Assembly: GCA_019923625.1 (NCBI GenBank) | Contig: JAHXGN010000001.1 | Location: 8,939-72,938, forward strand | DNA length: 64,000 nucleotides | Direction of reading: 5' to 3' | Source of the DNA: Candidatus Nealsonbacteria bacterium | Lineage (GTDB): Bacteria > Patescibacteriota > Minisyncoccia > Minisyncoccales > RBG-13-42-11 | Shown here: one piece after another, positions 55,846 through 64,000 of the stretch | Layout of the letters: every line of letters starts with the position of its first letter | How positions within the stretch are numbered: position 1 is the stretch's first letter | Notes under the pieces: generated by a model | Seen by the model: only the letters and a program-made list of their open reading frames with translations | The model's database searches: none | Told to the model about the DNA's origin: nothing | Program-made: the position numbers and the translations under genes

Positions 55846-57234
55846 TCAATTATGAGCGCCCTTGATAAAAACCTTAAAGAAAGCCAATGATTTTGGCAAT
55901 TGGGCCAATCTTTCTAAATCCCTTATATCTCCTTCAAGGCCCCTGGCAATTCTCATTACCGAGTCCCCATAAAACCTAAATCTAAGGTTAACGGTTCCGG
56001 CAAAATAAATCATTGCCGCCCGCCATTCGGCCTCAGGGGTTCTTCTATTCGCCCCATTATTGGCTAAATGCAAGCCAGCGGCCACAAAAGAATCTTTGAT
56101 ATTCCATGGGTCGGCGCTGCCGGTAATTGCCCTGACCCTTTCTTTATACCTTATCCAGGTTGAAGGAATAAATTGAGCCGGCCCCATTGCCCCTCCCCAG
56201 CCAAATTCCATCGGACAAGAAACCGGAGTATTAAAAGGGTCTCTGCCCGCTCTCTCGGTGATTTGAAGAAAAATAGGCGCGTCTCTTCGGGGATGCATCA
56301 CTCTTTGGATAGTTCTTCCGTTTCTAATCCCAACTCCTTCTCCGGTTCTCGGATTTCTTAAAAAACACTGACCAACATTCCGGCCGATATTGGACTCTTG
56401 TTTTAAAATCGCCAATAAAAAGGCCGGCCTCACTCCGGTAATTCCTTCTACATATTTTGCCAAATCATAGGCCTCGCCAAAGGTAGGAACATCGGCTACT
56501 CCGATTAATTGAAAAATCCTTGCTCTGATTTCAACTGCTCTTCGTTTTATTTCTTCTTTTCCTCTAAGATACTGCTGATATTGGGCTTGGGTCAATCTTA
56601 AAAGACTGTCTCTTTCTCTTCTTAATTTGACGTTTTCTTCTTTTTGTAAAAGTTGGACTTTGCGCGTCCTGGCCAGGTCCTCTTTTTCTTGGTCTAAAGA
56701 TTTCTTCTGGGATTCAAGGCGAATTTTTAAATTTTTAATGTTTTCTAAAAGTTCGCTGTTTTTATTATGAAGATTTTCAAGGGTCATTAAATTACTGAAA
56801 AAATTAGAGAGGCGTCTTTCAAAAAATAAAATTTCAATGAAGCTCCTTTGCTCTTCTTTGTAAATTGCCCGCAAGATATTGATTATTCTTTTTTTTGAGT
56901 CGTTAATTTTTAATGCCGTTCTGTCAATTGAACCCTCAGTATCTTTAATCTGAATGGCAATGTCTTTAATCATAATGTTGCTTTGACGAGCCTGAAGGTC
57001 TAATTTTTCAATCCTCCTTCTTAAAAGAGCAATATCGTTTCTAAGGGTTCTTTTTTCTCTTTCGGTTTTTTGAATATCTTTTTCATACTCAATAATTCTT
57101 TCTTCCACTTCCCTTAATTCCCTTTCTAAAGCCTGGCGCTCCTCCCGAGGGGTCGTCTGAGCAAAACTGAAGAAATTTGGCAAAACAAAAGCCAGAAACA
57201 AAACAAGTATTAAAATTTTTGAAAATTTAGACAT
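55846..57234 (-). CDS. Secreted coiled-coil protein with C-terminal lytic transglycosylase domain
   Basis: Signal peptide, long coiled coil, AILKQES catalytic Glu, GAMGPAQFIPSTW. Confidence 0.85.
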   Translation of the reverse strand: MSKFSKILILVLFLAFVLPNFFSFAQTTPREERQALERELREVEERIIEYEKDIQKTEREKRTLRNDIALLRRRIEKLDLQARQSNIMIKDIAIQIKDTEGSIDRTALKINDSKKRIINILRAIYKEEQRSFIEILFFERRLSNFFSNLMTLENLHNKNSELLENIKNLKIRLESQKKSLDQEKEDLARTRKVQLLQKEENVKLRRERDSLLRLTQAQYQQYLRGKEEIKRRAVEIRARIFQLIGVADVPTFGEAYDLAKYVEGITGVRPAFLLAILKQESNIGRNVGQCFLRNPRTGEGVGIRNGRTIQRVMHPRRDAPIFLQITERAGRDPFNTPVSCPMEFGWGGAMGPAQFIPSTWIRYKERVRAITGSADPWNIKDSFVAAGLHLANNGANRRTPEAEWRAAMIYFAGTVNLRFRFYGDSVMRIARGLEGDIRDLERLAQLPKSLAFFKVFIKGAHN

Positions 57235-57327
57235 TAAAAATTATTTGCATAAATTATTATAACAGGATTGAGGGCACATATCAACCGGCCAGCAGTAAAA
57301 CTGATTTTATTACAAATTGAAAATTGA

Positions 57328-57382
57328 AGGGCGAAGAGGAATACCTCTTCTTTCCCTTCGCCCGCCAACTGGCGGGCTCGGA
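57328..57382. repeat. Family B element, intergenic
   Basis: GAAGAGGAATACCTCTTC-TTTCCCTTCGCCCGCCAACTGGCGGGCTCGG. Confidence 0.78.
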
Positions 57383-57392
57383 AATTGAAAAT

Positions 57393-58037
57393 TTATTTCT
57401 CCTCTTCTGCCTCTTCTTTTTTCTTTTCCTCAACTTTCTCCACTTTCTCCACTTTCTCTTCAATTGGTTTTTCTAATTCCTCTTCTATTTTTTCCGGCTC
57501 TGAAACAAAAGCAACCATTTCGTCGGGCGCTTTGAGAATTTTTACTTCTTTTGAAACAATTAAATCTTTAATTAAAATATTATCCTCAAATGCTTTTAGC
57601 TTGCTTATATCCACTTTAATTTCGTGAGGAAGGTTTTGGGGCAGGGCTTTTACTTCCAACTCATAAATATTTTTAACCAAAGTTCCTCCTAATTCCTTTA
57701 CCACCGGTGCCATTCCTTCAAAAATCAAAGGAACGGTTGCCGTAATCTCTTCGTCTAATTTCGGCTGATAAAAATCAATATGAATGGGTTTTTGAGAAAT
57801 GGCGTCAATTTCAACACTATGAATCAAAACCAAAAATTTCTTACCATCTACTTGAAGCTGAATCAAAGAGCTTTCTCCGGCTCCTTGATAAACTTTTTCA
57901 AATTCTTTGAAATCAACTTTTAAGGGAATATTTTTTATTTTTGGTCCGTATAATATTGCCGGCAGAAGACCGGTTTTTCTCGGGGATTTTGTTTTTTTTC
58001 CGAGAATTTCGCGAATTTTAACATCTAAAGTCAACAT
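57393..58037 (-). CDS. rplY: 50S ribosomal protein L25 (Ctc type)
   Basis: PAILYG, HIDFY, ALPQNLPHEIKVDIS. Confidence 0.95.
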   Translation of the reverse strand: MLTLDVKIREILGKKTKSPRKTGLLPAILYGPKIKNIPLKVDFKEFEKVYQGAGESSLIQLQVDGKKFLVLIHSVEIDAISQKPIHIDFYQPKLDEEITATVPLIFEGMAPVVKELGGTLVKNIYELEVKALPQNLPHEIKVDISKLKAFEDNILIKDLIVSKEVKILKAPDEMVAFVSEPEKIEEELEKPIEEKVEKVEKVEEKKKEEAEEEK

Positions 58038-58136
58038 ATTAATAACTTCAAATATAGTGTTTTTTTAATTTTTGATAATTTTTTATTTTGATTGAACAGC
58101 CGCAAGACAGGCCTGAGTTTCCTCTTTCTTCTATTG

Positions 58137-58185
58137 GTCGATGAATCTTTAGATTCATCTTCACCTTTCGCTAACGCTCAGGTAG
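58137..58185. repeat. Family B element, intergenic
   Basis: GTCGATGAATCTTTAGATTCATCTTCACCTTTCGCTAACGCTCAGGTA. Confidence 0.82.
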
Positions 58186-58196
58186 GTGAAGAAAGT

Positions 58197-59042
58197 CTAT
58201 TTTCTTCTACTGCTGCCAAATAATAAAATCTTTTCTTTGGCCGCTTTTTCAATTGCCTGAATTACTGGTAAAAGATACTGGTAAGGTCTTAATTCTTTCC
58301 GGTTTTCCAAAATTGATTTTTTTAGGGTCTGTTTGTAAGCCATTCTTAATTCCGTATTGATATTTATTTTAACAATCCCCAAATTTATTGCCTTTTTTAA
58401 ATCTTCTTTTTTGGTACCCGAGCCGCCGTGTAATACCAAAAAGACCTTATTTTTTAATTTTTCTCTTATTTCTTTTAATTTTTCCAAATTCAAATCGGGA
58501 TTTAAGCCGGAAAATTCAATTCCGTGAACATTGCCAATTGAAATGGCTAAACCATCTATTCCTGTTTCTTTGACAAATTTTAGGGCTAAACAAGGGTCGG
58601 TCAAAATTCCTTTTTCTCCAACCCTGGCTATTTTTTCCAATTCTCCCTCAAAAAATACATTTTTTTTTCGGGCATATTCTCTAATTTCTCGGCTGATTTT
58701 TATATTTTCTCTAATTGGCAATTCCGAACCGTCAAAATGAACGGAGTCATAGCCGGCTTTTATCGCTTCTTTAGTATAACTTAAAGATTTTCCATGGTCA
58801 AGGTTTAAAAAAACAGGAAGTTTCAATTTTTTTTGATAAATTTTAACCAAATTTACTGCTTCCTCTAATCCGAAAAAACGGCTTTCTTTTTCCGATGTTC
58901 CCAAAATTAAGGGGGATTTTAATTTTTGAGCCGCTTTTAAAATTCCTTTTAATTGTTCAAGGGTTGAAAAATTAAATTGGCCGATTGCCCATTTTTCTTT
59001 TTCCGCTTTTTTAAAATAATGTTTTAAATTTTTTATTTTCAT
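58197..59042 (-). CDS. fba: Class II fructose-bisphosphate aldolase
   Basis: NLDHG, FDGS, SIGNVHG, LVLHGGSG, KININTE. Confidence 0.92.
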   Translation of the reverse strand: MKIKNLKHYFKKAEKEKWAIGQFNFSTLEQLKGILKAAQKLKSPLILGTSEKESRFFGLEEAVNLVKIYQKKLKLPVFLNLDHGKSLSYTKEAIKAGYDSVHFDGSELPIRENIKISREIREYARKKNVFFEGELEKIARVGEKGILTDPCLALKFVKETGIDGLAISIGNVHGIEFSGLNPDLNLEKLKEIREKLKNKVFLVLHGGSGTKKEDLKKAINLGIVKININTELRMAYKQTLKKSILENRKELRPYQYLLPVIQAIEKAAKEKILLFGSSRRK

Positions 59043-59067
59043 TTTTGGGGTTCTTTTTAGAACTTTT

Positions 59068-60129
59068 TTAGAGCCTCTTTTTTAAAATTTTGATTTTTGG
59101 ATACCTTGCCCCCTTTTTTAAAAGGCCTTTTTGGGCTCCCCATTGGCTAACGCAGAAACCTGAATTTGCCATGGCTTTTTGAATGGCAAAAATTATATTA
59201 TTTTTCTCAATCATTCCGGCAACAAAACCGGAACCAAAGGCGTCGCCAGCGCCAGTAGCATCAACAAATTTTAATCTCAAAGACGGCGCCTGGTAAAGCT
59301 CTTTTCCGTCAGAAACAACTACGCCATCCCTGCCTTTTGTCATTATGGCAATGCCTTTTGTCATTTCATCGATTTTTCGGAAAATTTCTTTTTCCCTGCC
59401 TGGGCCAAGGATTCGACAGCCAAGCCCGCCTGAGCCAATCTGCCTGCCAGCAAAACAGGGGTCTCGGCGAGCAGGTTTTTGAAAAGGAATTTTGGTCAAT
59501 AACGAGGCCTCTTCCTGATTTAAAATCAAAATGTCAATTTTTTTCAAAATTCTTTCCAAAACCGGCTTTGAAAATTTCAATTGGTCATATCCTGGATTCC
59601 AGGCAACCTTAATCTTAAATTTTTGGGCAAAATTAATCAGGTCCTCGGTTAAATTGGCTAACTTTCCGGAGAACGGAGCTAAATAAAACCAACTGGTTTT
59701 TTTAATTTTCTGCCAGGGAATGTCTTTTTTCTCCAAATCATCAGAAGCCCCCCGGTAAACCAAAATTGTCCGGTCTTTGCCAGGATAAGTTAAAAAAACC
59801 GAAATATTGGTAAGTTTATTTTTTGTTTTTAGAATAAATGATGGGCTGATTTTTAATTTTTTCAGCTCGGCGATTATTAAATTGCCAAAACAGTCCTCGC
59901 CAACCTGACCGCACCAGGCAACTTTCAACCCTTGATTGGCAAAGGTCGCGGCCGTATTTGTTCCGCCGCCGCCAGAACTCAAAAAAATATCTTCCACCTC
60001 AATTTTTGAACCCAAATCTAAGCAAATGCCCTGTTTTGCGGTAAGGGTTTTATTAAAAACCGGTAAAAATTTTTTTGATTTCAGATAAATGTCCTGAGCC
60101 GCCGACCCGAAGGTAATTACATCAAACAT
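59068..60129 (-). CDS. PfkB-family carbohydrate kinase with in-frame insertion
   Basis: GGGGTN, NQEEA, DATGAGDAFGSG. Confidence 0.92.
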   Translation of the reverse strand: MFDVITFGSAAQDIYLKSKKFLPVFNKTLTAKQGICLDLGSKIEVEDIFLSSGGGGTNTAATFANQGLKVAWCGQVGEDCFGNLIIAELKKLKISPSFILKTKNKLTNISVFLTYPGKDRTILVYRGASDDLEKKDIPWQKIKKTSWFYLAPFSGKLANLTEDLINFAQKFKIKVAWNPGYDQLKFSKPVLERILKKIDILILNQEEASLLTKIPFQKPARRDPCFAGRQIGSGGLGCRILGPGREKEIFRKIDEMTKGIAIMTKGRDGVVVSDGKELYQAPSLRLKFVDATGAGDAFGSGFVAGMIEKNNIIFAIQKAMANSGFCVSQWGAQKGLLKKGARYPKIKILKKRL

Positions 60130-60138
60130 TGAAATAAA

Positions 60139-62637
60139 TTATTTTGCTAAACTTAAAATTGTTTTAATAACAGTGTCCGGGTTTAAAGAAATTGATTCTA
60201 TCCCCTCTTTGACTAAAAATTCGGCAAACTCCGGAAAATCACTCGGCGCCTGACCGCAAATACCGGCATATTTTTTCTTTTGGCGACAGAGTTTAATCAC
60301 TTTTTTAATCATTTCTTTTACCGCCTCATTCCTTTCATCGCCGATATAAGCAATTTTTGCGTTGTCTCTGTCTACTCCCAAAATTAATTGAGTTAAATCA
60401 TTTGAACCAATTGATATACCATCAAAAATCTTCAAAAACTCTTCTGCTAAAATAACATTGGAAGGAACTTCACACATAACATAAGTTTTTAATTCTTTTT
60501 TGACAAGGCCGAATTTTTCCATTAATTCTAACACTTTTTCTCCTTCTTCCACCGTCCGGCAAAAAGGCACCATTACTGAAATATTTTTCAATCCGAAAAC
60601 CTCTCTAACTCTTTTTATTGCCTGGCATTCCATTTCAAAAGCCGGCTGAAACTCTTTGTCTAAATAACGGCAAGCCCCTCGGAAACCCAACATCGGATTT
60701 TCTTCTTCTTTTTCAAATAATTGGCCGCCAACCAGGTTTTCATATTCGTTTGATTTAAAATCGGAAAATCTGACGATTACTTCTTTGGGCCAAAAGGCAG
60801 CGGCAATTTTAGCAATGCCTTCGGCCAACTCTTTGATAAAATGCTCTTTTTTGTCTTTGTGTTCAACTGTAATTTCTTCAATTCTTTTAACAATCTTTTT
60901 TACTTGCCCCGTAGTGAACCGAGCTTTGCCAGGTTCTACTGCTGTTCTCTTTGCCCGGATTTTTAATTTTTTATAATGATAAAGGGCCAAGGGATGAATT
61001 CTTATTTTTTCAGCCAAAATAAACTCAACCCTGGCCAACCCCACGCCGTCATTTGGCAAAAATGATGTTTTAAAAGCAATGTCAGGAGAACCGATATTTA
61101 TCATTATTTTGGTAGTCAATTCTGGGATTTTTTTCAAATCGTATTTTTTTATTTTAAAGGAAATTTTCCCACCGAGAATTTTTCCATTTAATCCCTGGGT
61201 GCAATCAACCGTAACTTCTTGACCGTTTTTTAAAATTTCGGTTGCTTTCTGAGTCCCGACAATGCAGGGAATTCCAAGCTCCCGGCTTACTATGGCCGCA
61301 TGGGCTGTTTTTCCGCCCTCATTAGTGACAATGGCTGAGGCAATTCTCATTGCCGGCAGCCAATCCGGGTCGGTCATTTTTGTTACCAAAACCTCTCCTT
61401 TTTGAAATTGGTCTATTTTAGAAACATCGCCAATGATTCTTACTTTTCCCTGGCCGATTTTATTTCCAACGGCAATTCCGGTTAAAATTGGCGGTTTTTT
61501 TGTTTTTAATTGATACTCTTCATAAAACTTAATTTCTTGGGGTGTATGGACCGTCTCAGGCCTTGATTGAACAATAAAAAGCTCGCCTGTTTTTCCATCT
61601 TTTGCCCACTCAATGTCCTGGGGAATTTTGTAATGGCTTTCTATTTGACAAGCCCATTTAGCCAAAGTTAAAATTTCTTCATCAGTTAGGGAAAATCTTA
61701 ATTGGTCTTTTTTAGAAACAGCTACTTCTACAATTCCTTGATTTTTGGCATTCACCCTGTTAAATTGTTCGCTTTTAGCGAACACCTCGCTTCGCGAGGA
61801 TTTAACAGGGTAAATATATTTTTTTGTCTTTCTTCCCAAATTTTTAAGAATTATTGATTTAAAGCCTTGTTTCAGGGTTGGCTTGAAAACATAAAATTCA
61901 TCAGGCGTAACCATTCCTTTGACAATCATTTCCCCCACTCCAAAAATTGAATTGATTAAAACAACATTTTTAAATCCTGTCTCAGTATCTATGGTAAAGA
62001 GCACGCCCGAAGACGCCAAATCCGACCTGACCATTTTTTGAACGCAGATTGATAAAGCAAATTCCAAATGAGAAATTTTTTTCTCTTCCCGATAAGCAAT
62101 GACTCTATCGTTAAAAGAAGAAGCCAAGCATTTTCTAATGGCTCTTAATAAATTTTCTTTTCCTGAAACATTTAAAAAGGTTTCAAACTGACCGGCAAAA
62201 GAATCTTTGGGACTGTCCTCGGCCACGCCTGAAGAACGAACAGCTACATTGATATTTCTTTGGCCGTATTTTTCTGATAATTTCTGATAGGCCCTAAATA
62301 TCTCCCTTTTTAGGTCCCCGGAAAATTTTCCATTTAAAATTAAATTTCGAGCTGCCTTGCCAGTTTCTTGCAAGTTTTTGATGCTTTCGGGGTCAAATTT
62401 TTTGAAAATTTCTTTTAATTTCTCATCAATTGTGTTTTCCCTTAAAAAATGCCAATAGGTTTCTGTAGTTAAAGCAAAACCATCAGGGATATTAATCGGA
62501 TTTATTTTTCGCTTTTCGCTTTTCGCTTTTAGCTTGCCAAACATTTCGCCCAAAGAAGCATTTTTCCCTCCGACCATAGGCACGTCTTTTGCCGAGATTT
62601 CCTTAAACCATAAAATAAACTTTTGTTTTTTATTCAT
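60139..62637 (-). CDS. ppsA: Phosphoenolpyruvate synthase with in-frame insertions
   Basis: VGGKNASLGEM, VQSRPETV, TAHAAIVSRELG, ENPMLGFRG, SIGSNDLTQ. Confidence 0.97.
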   Translation of the reverse strand: MNKKQKFILWFKEISAKDVPMVGGKNASLGEMFGKLKAKSEKRKINPINIPDGFALTTETYWHFLRENTIDEKLKEIFKKFDPESIKNLQETGKAARNLILNGKFSGDLKREIFRAYQKLSEKYGQRNINVAVRSSGVAEDSPKDSFAGQFETFLNVSGKENLLRAIRKCLASSFNDRVIAYREEKKISHLEFALSICVQKMVRSDLASSGVLFTIDTETGFKNVVLINSIFGVGEMIVKGMVTPDEFYVFKPTLKQGFKSIILKNLGRKTKKYIYPVKSSRSEVFAKSEQFNRVNAKNQGIVEVAVSKKDQLRFSLTDEEILTLAKWACQIESHYKIPQDIEWAKDGKTGELFIVQSRPETVHTPQEIKFYEEYQLKTKKPPILTGIAVGNKIGQGKVRIIGDVSKIDQFQKGEVLVTKMTDPDWLPAMRIASAIVTNEGGKTAHAAIVSRELGIPCIVGTQKATEILKNGQEVTVDCTQGLNGKILGGKISFKIKKYDLKKIPELTTKIMINIGSPDIAFKTSFLPNDGVGLARVEFILAEKIRIHPLALYHYKKLKIRAKRTAVEPGKARFTTGQVKKIVKRIEEITVEHKDKKEHFIKELAEGIAKIAAAFWPKEVIVRFSDFKSNEYENLVGGQLFEKEEENPMLGFRGACRYLDKEFQPAFEMECQAIKRVREVFGLKNISVMVPFCRTVEEGEKVLELMEKFGLVKKELKTYVMCEVPSNVILAEEFLKIFDGISIGSNDLTQLILGVDRDNAKIAYIGDERNEAVKEMIKKVIKLCRQKKKYAGICGQAPSDFPEFAEFLVKEGIESISLNPDTVIKTILSLAK
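61754..61811. repeat. Family G element in frame inside ppsA
   Basis: ACCCTGTTAAAT-[TGTTCGCT hairpin]-[CCTCGC hairpin]-ATTTAACAGGGT, read as YPVKSSRSEVFAKSEQFNRV. Confidence 0.88.
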
Positions 62638-64000
62638 AATTTAATTACCTCTCTTATTTTCTCAACGCTTTCTGGGTTTGCTAATGTGCTTAAATCTCCA
62701 AGTTCTTCGCCAGTAAATAGCTTTCTTAAGATTCGTCTCATAATTTTCCCGCTGCGGGTTTTAGGCAAATCTTCAACCAAGTAAACTTCTTTTGGCGAGG
62801 CAATGGGCCCGATTTCTTTCCTTACTTGTTTAATAATCTCCTCTTTAAGTTGCAGAGGACGGGCCTCTGTAAACTTTTTGGGAGCAACGAAAGCCACAGG
62901 CACCTCTCCCTTTATTTCATCTGGAATGCCAATTACTGCGCATTCGGTAATATCGGGATGCAAATTAATAACTGCTTCTAACTCTCCGGTAGACAATCTG
63001 TGACCCGCCACCTTAATTACATCATCTACCCTGCCGATAATTCGGATTAAACCATTTTTATCTTTGAAAGCCGCATCACTGGTGAAGTAGACCTCTTTAC
63101 TATATTGACTCCAATAGGTTTCTAAATATTTTTTAGGGTCTTTGTAAATTCCTCGGAACATACCGGGGCTAAAAGGCGGAAGTATGACTAAGTTTCCTGT
63201 TTTACCTACCGGACAAGATTTTCCCTTTTCATCAAATATATCAAACTTTGTTCCCGGAAATGGTAATCCAGTAAAGGCCGGTTTGAAAGGTCCGATTCCC
63301 GGCAAAGAAGTAATTAAAATTCCGCCGGTTTCCGTCTGCCACCAGGTATCAACTATCGGACACTTTTCTTTTCCGACCTCTTTGAAATACCAGAGCCAGG
63401 CTGATTCATCGATTGGTTCACCAACCGACCCCAATAGCCGTAATTTTTCAAATTTATATGCTTTCAAGGAGCTTAGCTCCTTTTCAAACATTCGGATTGC
63501 GGTTGGCGCAGTATAGAAAACTGTTACTTTGTGCTTTTCAATAATTTGCGCCCACCTGTCAGGTGTCGGCCAATCTGGCGCTCCCTCAAACATCAAAAAG
63601 GTTATTCCATTAAGTAAGGGCGAGTAGCAACCGTATGTATGCGAAGTGATCCAACCTATGTCGGCAGTGCACCAAAAAATATCGTTTGCATGAAAATCAA
63701 AAATCCATTTTCCTGTCCAATAGGCCTGAACTGTATAGCCACCGCAGGTGTGGATGATTTGTTTTGGTCGGCCGGTGGAACCGCTGGTCGCCAATAAAAA
63801 TAAAAGGTCTTCTGAATCCATAATTTCGGATTGGCACTGATTACTTTCATTTTTGATTAACTCCTGCCACCATAAATCTCTTTGAGGGTCCCACGGAATT
63901 TCATTTTCTGCTCTTTTTACCACAATAACTTTCTCCACTTTTGTTTCTTTTATTCCCTCGTCAGCATTTTGTTTTAAATTGACAATTTTTCCTCTTCTGT
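62634..64000 (-). CDS. acs: Acetyl-CoA synthetase (5' end outside the window)
   Basis: TSGSTGRPK, WCTADIGWIT, VDTWWQTETG, GRVDDV, LPKTRSGKIMRR. Confidence 0.93.
   Translation of the reverse strand, partial: RRGKIVNLKQNADEGIKETKVEKVIVVKRAENEIPWDPQRDLWWQELIKNESNQCQSEIMDSEDLLFLLATSGSTGRPKQIIHTCGGYTVQAYWTGKWIFDFHANDIFWCTADIGWITSHTYGCYSPLLNGITFLMFEGAPDWPTPDRWAQIIEKHKVTVFYTAPTAIRMFEKELSSLKAYKFEKLRLLGSVGEPIDESAWLWYFKEVGKEKCPIVDTWWQTETGGILITSLPGIGPFKPAFTGLPFPGTKFDIFDEKGKSCPVGKTGNLVILPPFSPGMFRGIYKDPKKYLETYWSQYSKEVYFTSDAAFKDKNGLIRIIGRVDDVIKVAGHRLSTGELEAVINLHPDITECAVIGIPDEIKGEVPVAFVAPKKFTEARPLQLKEEIIKQVRKEIGPIASPKEVYLVEDLPKTRSGKIMRRILRKLFTGEELGDLSTLANPESVEKIREVIKL

Overview
AT-rich bacterial chromosome segment consistent with a Patescibacteria (CPR, Parcubacteria-like) genome. 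Supporting signs: 16S rRNA not followed by 23S and carrying three group I intron insertions, no L30 gene in the spc operon, short PheS/RpoA/RF1/EF-Ts, and standard genetic code. The gene content is mostly housekeeping: pheST, secG, galU, rnj, trpS, ychF-rpsF-ssb-rpsR, recA, ftsK, rpoBC, the S10-spc-alpha cluster, tuf, tsf-rpsB, rpmE-prfA, rplY and acs-ppsA-pfkB-fba. The notable signal is a dense set of structure-conserved palindromic elements. (A) A 135-160 nt multi-arm element (plus a shorter variant) with compensatory base changes sits right after stop codons in the ribosomal-protein operons. (B) A 48-nt element is inserted in frame in SSB, FtsA-like and FtsK and, as a nested composite, puts the same peptide into S9, L18 and L22. 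(G) A three-way-junction element with fixed terminal inverted repeats supplies stop codons. (H) A GC-rich helix element occurs five times, only inside the 16S locus. Also seen: a PaaX-like gene boxed by two 32-bp palindromes, and a tRNA-Thr apparently nested in the anticodon loop of a decayed tRNA-Thr. Several deletions hit essential sequence (rpoC, 16S) and suggest local assembly errors, so fine detail needs read-level confirmation. All calls are by eye; no searches were run.
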